64,000 nucleotides of DNA, taken from contig OZ244999.1 of NCBI GenBank assembly GCA_965223265.1, forward strand, positions 6,208,001-6,272,000, read 5' to 3'. Both the position numbers and the translations under genes were made by a program. Below the pieces are notes generated by a model. It searched no databases, was not told where the DNA came from, and saw only the letters and a program-made list of their open reading frames with translations. Positions within the stretch are counted from its first letter, which is position 1. Each line of letters starts with the position of its first letter. Source of the DNA: Planctomycetota bacterium. GTDB taxonomy: Bacteria; Planctomycetota; UBA8108; SXIK01. Shown here one piece after another: positions 50,516 to 61,257 of this stretch.

Positions 50516-51679
50516 CTATGACGCCGGCTGTGCATCAACAGCCAGTTCGGGGAACCAGCTGGCGTACTGTCCCCGCACGCGCTCCGCCTGACGCGTCTGA
50601 GAAAAATCGGCGTGGGCTCGAGCGTGCGCGTTTTCGCCAAGCTGGCGACGCAGCGACACGTCGGTCGCAAGCTCCTTGACCGCGGCTGCGAGTGGTTCCA
50701 CCTCATCGTCAACGACGAGACCATCAACACGATGTCGAACGATCTCCGGCAGGAGCCCACGTCGCGACACGATCACCGGAATCCCCATGGCCATCGCCTC
50801 ACGCACCGCGCGACAGGTGCCATCACTTCCGGGGACCAGGAAGATCTTAAAATCGAACGCCCCGAGCGCCTCTTGGTACTCGTCGCCGCCGACGTAGCCC
50901 GGCAGGTGTGTGCGCGTCTCGATGCCCAGGCGAGCGACGCCGTCGTGAGCGATCTCCTTGGCGCGGGTGCCCCGACCCAGCACCAGGAGATGCAGCATCG
51001 GCACTTCCGCCATGACGCGTCGAAAGGCTTCGAAAAGGATCTCGTAGCGACGGTGCGGCTGGATTCTGGCGACAATCCCTCCCACGACGGCAGCGCTCGG
51101 AATTGAGAATCGCCGGCGCATCTCGTCGCCCTGCCGCGGATAGAAACGATCCGTCATGACCCCGCCATCGAGACGGCGGACCCGACTGCCTGGAAGTCCA
51201 AATCGCTCGATCAGTCCGGCGCACACATCCGCGCCGAAGACGAAGATACCGTCTGAGTCTTTCTGGTAGAGCCGGCGTTGATCGCGGTTGAACACTGGCA
51301 CTCGATCGTCATAGAGCGAGCGGACGATGTACGGACGCTGACCGGGTCCGAGCAAACGGCGGGCCCGCGACGCGATGCGATGAGCGTTGTCGAGATGAAC
51401 GTGCAGAATGTCGACGGGTGAGCCTCGAAGACGCTCCGCAAGGCGCCACGCATCGACGCGATTCGTCAGCAGTCGACGGTGCTTTGGCAGCCGAAAATCG
51501 CTGACCGGCTCGAGCCCTCGACCGCGGACCACGTCATCGAGGAATGCGGGACCAGACTGCGCGCGGCCTACAGCGACCTCGGAGTCCACATCTGTCCGAT
51601 CCAGCGCGACCCCGAGACAGATCGCCGGGTCGACGGGTCCAGTCAGTTTATGGTTGGAGACGAGGTGAAGGACTCTCAC
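50516..51679 (-). CDS. Glycosyltransferase family 4
   Basis: VRVLHLVS, REAMAMGIPVI, LPEIV..GLVV. Confidence 0.85.
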   Translation of the reverse strand: MRVLHLVSNHKLTGPVDPAICLGVALDRTDVDSEVAVGRAQSGPAFLDDVVRGRGLEPVSDFRLPKHRRLLTNRVDAWRLAERLRGSPVDILHVHLDNAHRIASRARRLLGPGQRPYIVRSLYDDRVPVFNRDQRRLYQKDSDGIFVFGADVCAGLIERFGLPGSRVRRLDGGVMTDRFYPRQGDEMRRRFSIPSAAVVGGIVARIQPHRRYEILFEAFRRVMAEVPMLHLLVLGRGTRAKEIAHDGVARLGIETRTHLPGYVGGDEYQEALGAFDFKIFLVPGSDGTCRAVREAMAMGIPVIVSRRGLLPEIVRHRVDGLVVDDEVEPLAAAVKELATDVSLRRQLGENAHARAHADFSQTRQAERVRGQYASWFPELAVDAQPAS

Positions 51680-52484
51680 CGCCTTCCTTTCTCCACTGCT
51701 CAGATCGAAGTTCCCAGAGCTTCGCATACTTCAAGAAAACGTAGTAGGCACCGAAGCACGCAACGATGAGTCCAACGACGCCGTCGCGAAAGCCACCCTG
51801 CAGAAAGTACATCTTGAGAAACTTGAAGGGCGGGTGCAAAAGCATTCGCAAAGTCGAAGCACTTTGATCGCGCTTCAGTTTCTCGCGGGCGGCGATATCG
51901 GTGAAGAAGTTAATGGTCCGCACATGGTGCTCGACGTCGCGGTAAGTGAAATGGAGCAGGTCGCCGCGAAGCGCCGCTACGGCGCCTTCCAAGTAGACGT
52001 GATCGTGGGGATTCGTGCCACCCCAACGCCCACGGCTGCGCCGAAACAGCCGCATCTTTCTGTCAGGATACCAGCCGCCGCCCTTGATCCAGCGACCGAG
52101 GTAGAACGTCCGGCGCGGCATGGTGTAGGCGTCGAACAGGGCTGACTTTGACCCCAGCGCGGCTTCGATCTCGCGTCGCAACTCGGGCGAAACGCGCTCG
52201 TCTGCGTCGATGCACAGTACCCAATCGTGCGTCGCGCAGTCGATCGCGAAGTTCTTCTGCTCGACGTGACCGGGCCAATCTCGCTCAACGACACGTGGAA
52301 CGACTTCAGCCCCAGCGCGGCTACGACACCGAAAGTCAGCTGCAATGCGGCGCGTTGCGTCGGTCGAGTGCGAATCGACGACGATGATCTCGTCGGCAAA
52401 ATCAACACTCTTCAGAGCTGCCGGCAGATTCGCTTGCTCGTTGAAGGTGATAATGCAGACGGAAAAAGGAGTGTAGGTCGACAC
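51648..52484 (-). CDS. Glycosyltransferase family 2 (LPS beta-1,4-glucosyltransferase-like)
   Basis: IITFNE, VDSHSTD, IDADE, WYPD, GFRDG..G. Confidence 0.9.
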   Translation of the reverse strand: MSTYTPFSVCIITFNEQANLPAALKSVDFADEIIVVDSHSTDATRRIAADFRCRSRAGAEVVPRVVERDWPGHVEQKNFAIDCATHDWVLCIDADERVSPELRREIEAALGSKSALFDAYTMPRRTFYLGRWIKGGGWYPDRKMRLFRRSRGRWGGTNPHDHVYLEGAVAALRGDLLHFTYRDVEHHVRTINFFTDIAAREKLKRDQSASTLRMLLHPPFKFLKMYFLQGGFRDGVVGLIVACFGAYYVFLKYAKLWELRSEQWRKEGGESPSPRLQP

Positions 52485-52531
52485 AATCGTGATGCTGATG
52501 ACCGCGTGCGACGCGGTGCCGCCTCAGCGCT

Positions 52532-53446
52532 CTAAAGACACGACAGATTCACAGGTGCCATACGCCTCAAGATCGTCGGCCCCAGAAAGCGAAGCTCTCT
52601 GGGTGCGTCAGAGGTCAATCCAGCTTCTGCCAGGAGCGAAAAATAGCGCAGCAAACCTTCGACTTGGGGCGTGCCAAGATCATAACCGATCCGGTGCGTT
52701 AGGTAGTTCCTACAGCGCGCCTCGCCGATCTGACGACTGCCAGGCCAACGCCGCACAATGTCATCAATTCGGCTCACGCCGTCGTGTCGAGCGCGTTCGA
52801 ACTGCTCTTGAAGATGCACCGGCGCCCGATCGCCGTGTCTCCAAACCCAGACGGCGTAGACGAGGGGCAGTCCGGTCCACCGAGTCCAAACCGTACCAAG
52901 GTCAAGCTGCTCCCAAGCCGAGGTGGTTTCCGGCTGCCGCAAGGCGACGTCCCCAATGAGAAGAGCTGCATCGACGTCGTCAAACGCGCCGTCTGCCGTT
53001 GTCGACGGGGCTGCGAGATACGACTCGATCGCCTGCGGCGACACATCGAGGAAGCCAGGGGAGCCTCCCCAGAGGCGACGAAACAATAGCTTCGTGAGCA
53101 TCGCCGAGGTTCGAGAGCTCGCATCCAGAGCGACATGGCGGACGTCTTCGAGCGGGCGCCGGAAGTAGAGCCGAATGCTTTCGACGGCACCGTAACTCGA
53201 GATACAAATCGGGCCGACGACCCGGTAGTTAGGCGAGCTTAGGTACTCGACTGCAGGTACCAGAGCAATGTCGAGATCGCCGTGCCGAAGCCCCGCCGCA
53301 AGCGCACTCGGAGCGAGATTCGTGATCTCGAATCGCGGTTGACCATTGAGCTCCAGAAACGCGGTCAACGGAAGGGCGTTCAAGTAGTCGATCCCGCCAA
53401 CCTGAATGATTTCGCTTCTCTTTGCTGTCTTTTCTCCCACGGTCAT
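52532..53446 (-). CDS. mqnA: Chorismate dehydratase (futalosine menaquinone pathway)
   Basis: IDYLNALPL, GAVESI, SSRTS, LLIGD, DLG..W..WTGLPLVYAVW. Confidence 0.88.
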   Translation of the reverse strand: MTVGEKTAKRSEIIQVGGIDYLNALPLTAFLELNGQPRFEITNLAPSALAAGLRHGDLDIALVPAVEYLSSPNYRVVGPICISSYGAVESIRLYFRRPLEDVRHVALDASSRTSAMLTKLLFRRLWGGSPGFLDVSPQAIESYLAAPSTTADGAFDDVDAALLIGDVALRQPETTSAWEQLDLGTVWTRWTGLPLVYAVWVWRHGDRAPVHLQEQFERARHDGVSRIDDIVRRWPGSRQIGEARCRNYLTHRIGYDLGTPQVEGLLRYFSLLAEAGLTSDAPRELRFLGPTILRRMAPVNLSCL

Positions 53447-53656
53447 CTTTCCGATATCTTCTCAATCCTTTCGTCGCGGCGCAGGCTCGTTCCTCGTGTT
53501 CCACCCGAGCCGCGCCTGCGGTTAGCGCGCTTGAAGGTCTTCTTCAAACGGTTTTTCGACTGAATCTCAACCGCAAGAAAAAGAGTTCTTTAACCACGGA
53601 GGACTGGCCGCGACAAGGAAAAAGCAACTGCGGGCGCCGACGGCCGATCTCACAGT

Positions 53657-54625
53657 TCAACCGTCTACACGCACGTCAGACCGCCAGAAAAGCCCCCGCA
53701 AGTTGAGCGCTAGCGCGCGGCGGCGGAAGTAACGTCGTGACGCCTCCAGGTCACGGGCACGCCGACCACGGAAGTATCCGCGCACGAATGCCTTGAGTGC
53801 TGCAGGTGCACTCGCCGCGCCGGTCGTGTTCACCGTGTCGATGCGACCGAGCTTGCGCCCTTTCTCCACCGAGCGCCACAACCGCACGAGATTGGCGTTC
53901 GGATTCCATGCCGCATGTCTCTGGACCGCCCGATCCCAGTCGATGATGTAAACGAGCGGCCGTGCACCCGCGAACCGAGCCACAATGTTGCCCAAATGCA
54001 AATCTGGATGATCGATCCGGGCTCGATGCATCCGCGCGACGAGCTCCCCGGCGGCGACGAAAAGATCCGCTTCGCTCGGGTGGCCAAAGAAATCTGACAG
54101 CGGCCGCACGTCGCCGAGATACCTTGACACCATCCAGGCTCGAAGCGATCCGTACCCGGCAGGCTCCAATACGAGGGCGAGCAGTTCCGGAGTCGCAACT
54201 CCCGCGGCACGCGCTACAGCGGCGATCGAGAGCTCTTGGAGAAACCGTTGCCGTCCCCAATATCGTGTTCCGTTGAGAAACCCCAGGGCGCCGCCGCGGT
54301 GATACGACTTCAACACCCAGGCGTCGTCCTCAACGCGCAGAAGCGCGTGCCGGGTGCGGCCGCCCGCAAGCCAATCGGTGACGAGCGGCCCGGCGACGAC
54401 ACGCCGTGGATCATGAATACCGATCTTGAGTAGTTTGTCGCGCACCGCGCTCCTGACGATGACCGTCTGCGCACCCGAGCCCGTGCGCGCCGGCGGCGCG
54501 TGGCGCTGTCGTGGAGCCCCGTCGCGATGCAGACGGACGAGTTCATAGCCGACAGGGAGCGGAAGAGGAGTTTCCTCCGCCTTGCCTGGTCGGGGTCGCG
54601 GACTCGATTCTAGTAGCGGTTTCAC
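53657..54625 (-). CDS. Lipopolysaccharide kinase (Kdo/WaaP family)
   Basis: GGRTRH, KSYHRGG, RFLQEL, HPDLHLGNI, YIIDWD, NLVRLWRS. Confidence 0.82.
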   Translation of the reverse strand: MKPLLESSPRPRPGKAEETPLPLPVGYELVRLHRDGAPRQRHAPPARTGSGAQTVIVRSAVRDKLLKIGIHDPRRVVAGPLVTDWLAGGRTRHALLRVEDDAWVLKSYHRGGALGFLNGTRYWGRQRFLQELSIAAVARAAGVATPELLALVLEPAGYGSLRAWMVSRYLGDVRPLSDFFGHPSEADLFVAAGELVARMHRARIDHPDLHLGNIVARFAGARPLVYIIDWDRAVQRHAAWNPNANLVRLWRSVEKGRKLGRIDTVNTTGAASAPAALKAFVRGYFRGRRARDLEASRRYFRRRALALNLRGLFWRSDVRVDG

Positions 54626-54922
54626 CGTCGAATAACCCGCAGCTCGTCTCTAACAGCCACCCGAGACAGTGCGATCACCCAGAACGAATGAGCCAAAAGG
54701 AAATAACGCGTTCCGCGAGAGCTCCCGTCGGCGACTCTTCGAGCCGCCTTCTGGTCGGTGCGCAACGGAGGACCGAGCGAATCGACAACCAGAGCTCACT
54801 CGTGGCTCGCCACACGGGGCGAAGGAGGAGCGCCTCCCCCACGCCCTCACTGTAGTCACGGGTGATTATATGAGGACCCGAAGCCCTTTGACAAGTTCGA
54901 GGCTCTCTTCGAGAATTCGGGA

Positions 54923-56002
54923 ATGCTCGAACTCAAGCCTGACGACATTCGCAGCGTGCTGATTGTCAAAATGAGCGCTCTCGGTGACGTCATCCACGCG
55001 CTGCCGGCGCTGACTGCCCTGAAGCGCCAGTTCCCCGCCGCCGAGATCGATTGGCTCGTTGAGCCGTTGGGCGCTGGACTGCTCGAGGCGCACCCGTCGC
55101 TGCGCCGAATCTTCGTCATTCCGCGCCAGGAGTGGAAACGTCGGATCGCCCGCGTCTCGGCCTGGGGTTCTGTGGTGCGCGACGTTGCTCGCTGCGCGCG
55201 CCCGCTTCGAGAACGACGCTATGATCTGATCCTTGACTTTCAGGGCAACACGCGTAGCGCAGTCGCGGTGCTCCTGGCGCGCGGCAAACACCGCGTTAGC
55301 TTCCACCGCCGGGATGTGCGCGAACGCGTTGCCTCCCTGGTTGCAACACACCACGTGGGCCGTCTGCCGTTACGAATGAATTCCGTTGAAAAGAACCTCG
55401 CGATCGTGCGCGAATTAGGCTATCAAGGCGCCTGCCCGCAAGGCGAGATCGAGATCGACGCCGCCAGTGACCAGTGGGCCGCTGGTGTTCTTGCTGGACT
55501 CCCAGGCAGCGGCCCGGTCGTTGCGCTGCACCCGGCCGTGAGCCCGTTCGGTGAAATCAAACGCTGGCCTGTGTCCCACTTTCGAGAGCTTGCCGACCGG
55601 CTTCACAGCCGCGGCGTCCGAACGCTCATCACTTGGGGACCGGGCGAGCTCGACCTTGCCCGAGCAGTCGGCCGGCCAACCGTCCTCAACGCCGAGTCGA
55701 GCCTCAAACAGTTTGCCGCGCTCCTTGCCAGGGTGGATGCCTTCGTTGCTGCTGACACCGGTGTGCTGCCACTGGCCGCCCTGCTCGGCGTTCCCACTGT
55801 CGGCCTCTACGGACCGAAAGATGCAGCAATCTACGAACCGTATCCGAATCGCGGCTCTATCGTGACGAGCCCTGCCCCGTGTAGCCCCTGCCTTCTGCGC
55901 CGCTGCGCTCATCGCATTTGTATGGCACTGATCTCGCCTGCCGTCGTGTGTCATGCAACGATCGAGGCTCTCGCATCCCGCGGCAAGGTTTCGGCGTCAT
56001 GA
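54923..56002 (+). CDS. GT9 LPS heptosyltransferase (WaaC/WaaF-like)
   Basis: KMSALGDVIH, DFQG, KRWP, DTGVL, VGLYGP. Confidence 0.9.
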   Translation: MLELKPDDIRSVLIVKMSALGDVIHALPALTALKRQFPAAEIDWLVEPLGAGLLEAHPSLRRIFVIPRQEWKRRIARVSAWGSVVRDVARCARPLRERRYDLILDFQGNTRSAVAVLLARGKHRVSFHRRDVRERVASLVATHHVGRLPLRMNSVEKNLAIVRELGYQGACPQGEIEIDAASDQWAAGVLAGLPGSGPVVALHPAVSPFGEIKRWPVSHFRELADRLHSRGVRTLITWGPGELDLARAVGRPTVLNAESSLKQFAALLARVDAFVAADTGVLPLAALLGVPTVGLYGPKDAAIYEPYPNRGSIVTSPAPCSPCLLRRCAHRICMALISPAVVCHATIEALASRGKVSAS

Positions 56003-56877
56003 GTGCCCCCAGCCCGTCGCGCAGCAAACGATTTCGCCGCCGAGTTCTACGCCCGCTGCGAAACGGTTGCGTCGGCGTCCTTGGCGCCCCCGCGCTCCGC
56101 CTCTGGCGCCGAGCACTCCGTGTGAGAATCGCAGGTCATGGTCGCTTCGGATTCGACCCGCAGGGACGCAGACGGCTGCTTTTCGACGCACCCGGCATCT
56201 ACGCCTTCTGGCACCAGCGTCTTCTGGGGTTGAGCATCGCGTCACCCGTCCCGGACATGAAAATCTTGATCAGCGCCCACGGCGACGGAGAAATGATTGC
56301 ACGCACAATCGAGCGACTCGGGATGAAGACCCTCCGGGGCTCGACGACTCGTGGCGGGACACGGGCGATACTCGGTGCCCTGAGGCAGAGTCGCCAGCAG
56401 TCGATCGGCATCACCCCGGATGGTCCCAAGGGACCTTCACAAGTCTTTCATCCAGGGGCGATCTACCTCGCCTCGCGCGCCCGCATGCCGATCTACCCGA
56501 TCACTTTCGCTTGTGGACGCTTCAGCCAGCTCCGAACCTGGGATCGCATGTTGATTCCCGCACCTTTCACCAGCAGTATCATTTGCTTCGGCGAGGTGAT
56601 CCGCGTGCCTCCTGATCTCGATCGAGACGCGCTGGAAGAGCACAGAGCCGCTGCCGAACAAACGCTGCGCGAGTTGACCCGGTCCACCGATGAGCAGTTC
56701 GAAGAGTTGTATCGGCAAGCGCAGCCGATTGCCCCGGCTTGGGTCTCGAGCTTTGAGAAGCACAGCTCCAACGGCGACGGCGCTAGTGGCGTCACCCAGC
56801 CGTCCTGCAGCGAGGCGAGGCCAGACGGTCCAGCCGCCCGCGTCGATCGAGACGACATCGACCCCACCACCGGATGA
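55999..56877 (+). CDS. DUF374 lysophospholipid acyltransferase-family protein
   Basis: FWHQR, SAHGDGE, RGSTTRGG, ITPDGPKGP, WDRMLIPAPF. ATGA overlap with the GT9 gene. Confidence 0.88.
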   Translation: MSAPSPSRSKRFRRRVLRPLRNGCVGVLGAPALRLWRRALRVRIAGHGRFGFDPQGRRRLLFDAPGIYAFWHQRLLGLSIASPVPDMKILISAHGDGEMIARTIERLGMKTLRGSTTRGGTRAILGALRQSRQQSIGITPDGPKGPSQVFHPGAIYLASRARMPIYPITFACGRFSQLRTWDRMLIPAPFTSSIICFGEVIRVPPDLDRDALEEHRAAAEQTLRELTRSTDEQFEELYRQAQPIAPAWVSSFEKHSSNGDGASGVTQPSCSEARPDGPAARVDRDDIDPTTG

Positions 56878-56998
56878 CGAACGGACGAACGGGTCAACGC
56901 TCAGCGTCTACCGTCGCAGCACGTCGGCGATACGGTTTTGGCGCCAATGAAGCCAGCCTGTGCCCGTCCATGCGATCACTTGGCAGCCGGAAACGCTG

Positions 56999-58189
56999 TT
57001 ACCGTCGCCTCTCCGGCGCCCGTTGGGCTCGCATCTGCGACACCGCGGCCACAACGCTCTCGGCCGCCGCATCGACTTGTTCCACGGTTGTCGAGCGGCC
57101 AACGCCGAAGCGCAAGGTAGCGGCGGCGAGCCGATCCGCGACACCGAGTGCTTTGAGCACATGCGACGGCGACGTGCTGCCCGAGGCGCACGCAGATCCT
57201 GAGCTGACCGCGATGCCCTTGAGCGCGACGAGAAGGGCAGCACCGTCAACACCCTCAAAGCTCACGCTCGCCGTCCCGGGAAGTCCGGAGATCGGGTCGT
57301 GATGAAAGTGGAGCCCGTCGAGCTGCGCTTTGAGGTGGTCCACCAGGCGGTCGCGCAACGAACGAAGCCGCTCGCTCTCCGCTTCCAGCTCGAGAGTCGC
57401 CAAGCGAGCTGCCTCGCCGAGCGCCACAATCCCGGGGACGTCGAGAGTCCCTGGGCGCAAGGACCGCTCCTGACCGCCGCCATACGCGATCCCTGTGATC
57501 TTTGTCCGTGGTGTTCGCGTGCGGACGCAGAGGGCTCCAATTCCTTTGGGAGCGTAGAACTTGTGTCCTGAAAGAGCCAAGAGATCGATGTGCATCGAGC
57601 CGATATCGAGTGGGATCTTGCCTGCCGCCTGCGCCGCGTCAGTATGAAAGAGGACGCCCAGCTCCTCGCACACGGCCCCGATTTCCGCAATCGGCTGCAC
57701 GGTTCCAATTTCGTTGTTCGCCGCCATGATCGAAACGAGCACAGTGTCGTCGCGCATCGCGCCCCGGACATCGTCGGCTGTGACGAGCCCAGTTCGATCG
57801 GGCTTAAGGTACGTAACACGATGTCCACGCCGCTCAAGAGCGCGGGTCGTGTCCAGGACGGCGGGATGTTCGGTCGCTTGCGTGATCACATGCCGCGGGC
57901 GTCGCTCGGAGCGTCCCTCCTTCAAATAGTCGTAGTCGACGACCCCCGCCAGAGCGATGTTGTTCGACTCCGTGGCGCCGGCTGTAAAGACGATCTCGCG
58001 TGGACGTGCTCCCAGCAAGGTCGCGACATGCCCGCGCGCGGTTTCGACCGCCTCATTGGCTGTCCAGCCGTAAGCGTGATGCTTGCTCGAGGCGTTGCCG
58101 AATTGCTCGCGGAGAAACGGCAGCATGCATTCCAGGACGCGAGGATCGATGGGCGTCGTGGCGTTGTGGTCGAGGTAGATATCACCCAT
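56999..58189 (-). CDS. iscS: Cysteine desulfurase IscS/NifS family
   Basis: YLDHNATTP, GATESNN, NNEIG, SGHKFYAPKG, SSGSAC. Confidence 0.92.
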   Translation of the reverse strand: MGDIYLDHNATTPIDPRVLECMLPFLREQFGNASSKHHAYGWTANEAVETARGHVATLLGARPREIVFTAGATESNNIALAGVVDYDYLKEGRSERRPRHVITQATEHPAVLDTTRALERRGHRVTYLKPDRTGLVTADDVRGAMRDDTVLVSIMAANNEIGTVQPIAEIGAVCEELGVLFHTDAAQAAGKIPLDIGSMHIDLLALSGHKFYAPKGIGALCVRTRTPRTKITGIAYGGGQERSLRPGTLDVPGIVALGEAARLATLELEAESERLRSLRDRLVDHLKAQLDGLHFHHDPISGLPGTASVSFEGVDGAALLVALKGIAVSSGSACASGSTSPSHVLKALGVADRLAAATLRFGVGRSTTVEQVDAAAESVVAAVSQMRAQRAPERRR

Positions 58190-58316
58190 GAACGAACGCG
58201 CGTCTCCTTTCTTGCCTGCGGCTGCTCATCAACGCTGATGTTAGCGCACTCTAGCGGTAGATCGTCGGCTTTTTGCTGCCTCCCAACCAGCGGTCAGGCC
58301 GGCGCGAAGTGCCGCA

Positions 58317-60884
58317 TCAACCGCTCCGACGTCGAATCCGCAGGAACACGTCGGCGCCCTCTTCGAGGGAGAGATCACGGTGCTCGACGTTCCTCCCCGC
58401 TGTCGCCCCCAGCGACAATCGGTAATTACCCGGCGGCAGATCAGGAATCTCATAGTTTCCTAACTCGTCCGTCCACGCCACGCGCCGCACAAAGCCGCCA
58501 TCACTGATAACGAGCGGCTGACGCGCCTCAGGCTGAGCGGCGGCATTCACCACTGTGCCGGCGAGGTAAGCGCCGCGGCCGAGCAGAATCGGAAACGCGT
58601 TTTCGAGCGGTGGCTCGAAGGGCGGAGAAATGTACTCACCCCAACCCGGGGAGTGGACACGGATCCGGTAGCGCCCTGCCGGCACATCGTTGAACGAGAA
58701 TCGGCCGTCCGCCTGCGTCGTCGCGCGGCGAACCACTTTCGTCTGTAGGGGCACCCGAACGCCATGAATCGTCTCGTCGTCTAGTGGTGCTTGCGGGTCG
58801 AGCAGCAGTTCTACCGCTTGGTCAACCAGCCCACCGCGCAGCGTGCGGACGATGCCGAAAAGTTTAGTCCGAGGCTGGAGACGCACCAGAAGAGGCGGCG
58901 GGCTCGAGCGCCCGTCGAAGACGAACGTTTCTGAGTAGCCGAGCGCGCCGTCCGCTGACTCAGCGACGACGCGGTAAGTGCCAGGGTAGGGCGGTAAGCC
59001 GATCCGAAAGCTGCCTGGCTTAGGAACGTCCAGTGCTTGCCCGCGGTCCGGGCTGACTGAGTAGGCGTCTTCGCGCTCAATTTCTAACGCCGCGCGCCTC
59101 AACACCGCGCCGAGCCCGTCCAAGCGACGCACCGCTTGACCGCGCACCACCGGCGTCGGTCGCAGCGTCAGTTGAACGTCCGCAGCCACATTCGTCGACG
59201 CCGGATGATAGCCGGGGGCCTTAACCGCAATCGTGGCAAATCGTTTCGCCGGAATCGCGGTGAAGAGTTTGCCGAGATCGTCAGTCCACCCGAAGAACTC
59301 CTCGTCCCCGTTGGCAGCGCGTAACCACACTTCAGCGTCGGGGACAGGGTCCTGGCCTATGTCGCGCACGGCGATGCGAGACGCTGCGCCGCTCTTTAGT
59401 TCAATTTTTAGTTCGTGGTGCCACGTCAGGTTGGTCGGCATCGTCCTGAAGACCGGAAGAGAAGTCTCCTCCATGACAAGGAGCGACGCGCCGTCCGGCT
59501 GCAAAAGCCTACTCGTAAACTTGCCGGCAGCATCCGTGCGCACTTCGTGACGCCGGCCCCCTGAGCTCACCGAGACCCGCGCGCCGCGAACAGGGGCACC
59601 GAGGCGAGACACCGTGCCCCGAATCGTCTGCCCTGGGAGAAGAAGAATCTCCGGCAGCTGTAGCTCCGATCCCTCCTGCGGCTCGAAGCGTCCTCCCGTC
59701 TGGTGCCAAAGCCTCTCCAGCTCGCTGCGCGGCAGCTGGCGCGTCCAAAAGCGGGGATGCGACAGACGCACCTCACCAGTGCCCCACAACAGACGAAAAG
59801 ACCCGGTGGCGTCGGAGACCACTTCCTGCGAAGCGAACTTGACTCCAGCGCCGGCAACAGGACGCCCTAAAGGATCAACGATGCGGGCTCCAAAGCTGCG
59901 AGGGTCGATGGAGACGGTCGAGCTGATCGGTTCGGCGACGACACTCGGTTGTGACTGAGAAGAAGAAGGCACATTCCGGGAGGCGACGGCACTCCCGAGA
60001 GACGGCTCGTCTCTGCCTCGGCGCTTGCTGGAATTCTGCCCGTCGCGCAGTTGGTGCTGGAGGAGAAGAAGGAGCGCAACCAGCGCGACGAGGGTCCAAA
60101 TCACGTCACGGCGGGTGGCGCCAAAGCCGCGGAGTCGGCTGGGCAGAATCTCCGGCGCCTCCTCGTCGACGCGACGCTTCTGTCGAGCTGTCGCGACACC
60201 GTCGCTCTCGGTCGGCGCACTGGTGAGCGCGCTGGCATCGTCCGCCACGGCCCGGTCACGCGACGACGCCTCACTAGAACCCTCGGAAGCTCCAGAAGTC
60301 AGGCGCTGCGACGCCGGCTCTTGAGGCGCGGCGCCAAACAGCGCCGAGACGCCACGGTCCGGCAACTCGGCGTCGAGGGGCGTCATGCCCGGACGCGGGG
60401 TGCCGCGAAGCCGCGCCTTGCTGGCTGCAGCGGCCGGTGGCGTCTCCGCTTTGATGCCGCGAGTGCGTTTCACGGCGCGCGCTTTCCGCCAGCGACCGTC
60501 GGTGCTTCGACTTCTCGCAAGGTACTTCTCTTCGACTCTCTCTTCCTTCCGAACCGCCGTGATTATAGGTGGCGCGGCAGCGGCGGGCAAGGAGCGAACG
60601 TGCTTCCGTAGCAGGCTCCTCGACTGCGACCACGATCGGTCCGCTGGCAAAACGCGGCTCTTTCCCAGCGTTCGCATACCACCTCGAGTCAAGTCGCTGT
60701 ATACTCTTAGGAGATCACGAAGGTCGCGGTCAGGCGATGGCGGTGCTCGCAGCGCGGGAACACCCCTGCTGATCAACTGGCGCGACCAGACGGACACGCC
60801 AGAACAACCACAGCCTGAACAGATCACGTCCGGAATAGGGCTGCAGACCAAATCAGGCAAGACAGATACCCGTGAGACGGGCAC
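58317..60884 (-). CDS. Membrane-anchored protein with carboxypeptidase-regulatory-like (transthyretin-like) repeats; start uncertain
   Basis: TM segment (VIWTLVALVALLLLL) followed by repeats GRPVAGAGV, TDAAGKF, TQADGRFSFNDVPAGRY, TDELGNYEIPDLPPGNY. Confidence 0.7.
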   Translation of the reverse strand: MPVSRVSVLPDLVCSPIPDVICSGCGCSGVSVWSRQLISRGVPALRAPPSPDRDLRDLLRVYSDLTRGGMRTLGKSRVLPADRSWSQSRSLLRKHVRSLPAAAAPPIITAVRKEERVEEKYLARSRSTDGRWRKARAVKRTRGIKAETPPAAAASKARLRGTPRPGMTPLDAELPDRGVSALFGAAPQEPASQRLTSGASEGSSEASSRDRAVADDASALTSAPTESDGVATARQKRRVDEEAPEILPSRLRGFGATRRDVIWTLVALVALLLLLQHQLRDGQNSSKRRGRDEPSLGSAVASRNVPSSSQSQPSVVAEPISSTVSIDPRSFGARIVDPLGRPVAGAGVKFASQEVVSDATGSFRLLWGTGEVRLSHPRFWTRQLPRSELERLWHQTGGRFEPQEGSELQLPEILLLPGQTIRGTVSRLGAPVRGARVSVSSGGRRHEVRTDAAGKFTSRLLQPDGASLLVMEETSLPVFRTMPTNLTWHHELKIELKSGAASRIAVRDIGQDPVPDAEVWLRAANGDEEFFGWTDDLGKLFTAIPAKRFATIAVKAPGYHPASTNVAADVQLTLRPTPVVRGQAVRRLDGLGAVLRRAALEIEREDAYSVSPDRGQALDVPKPGSFRIGLPPYPGTYRVVAESADGALGYSETFVFDGRSSPPPLLVRLQPRTKLFGIVRTLRGGLVDQAVELLLDPQAPLDDETIHGVRVPLQTKVVRRATTQADGRFSFNDVPAGRYRIRVHSPGWGEYISPPFEPPLENAFPILLGRGAYLAGTVVNAAAQPEARQPLVISDGGFVRRVAWTDELGNYEIPDLPPGNYRLSLGATAGRNVEHRDLSLEEGADVFLRIRRRSG

Positions 60885-60915
60885 CGTTTAGAACTCCCAG
60901 CGAGGTCATGCAAAC

Positions 60916-61257
60916 GTGGCGATCAAACTGACGGAAAAGGCAGTCGAAGAGCTCAAGAAGATCATGGATCAGGAAGTGGCGAGCGCGAATCTCGCCGAAG
61001 ACGCGGCCCTGAGAGTCATGGTCGTCGGTGGCGGCTGCTCCGGTTTCACGTACAAGATGGGTTTCGACGAGTCCATCAAGGACGAGGATTGCGTCGAAGA
61101 CATCGCCGGCGTCAAAGTCGTGGTCGACCAGAAGAGCCAGCTCTACCTCGATGGCGTTGAAGTCGATTTTCACGATGGCTTGATGGGACGCGGATTCGTC
61201 TTCAACAATCCGAACGCCACGGGAACTTGCGGCTGTGGCGAGTCATTCTCCGTCTGA
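60916..61257 (+). CDS. iscA: A-type Fe-S carrier (IscA/ErpA/HesB)
   Basis: GGGCSGFTY, NPNATGTCGCGESF. Confidence 0.92.
   Translation: MAIKLTEKAVEELKKIMDQEVASANLAEDAALRVMVVGGGCSGFTYKMGFDESIKDEDCVEDIAGVKVVVDQKSQLYLDGVEVDFHDGLMGRGFVFNNPNATGTCGCGESFSV

Noticed and set aside
52532-53446. mqnA inside an LPS gene cluster as a novel pathway link
   Set aside because: Mixed housekeeping operons are common and there is no sequence evidence for functional coupling.
60916-61257. HesB-like selenoprotein
   Set aside because: All three conserved positions are ordinary Cys codons.
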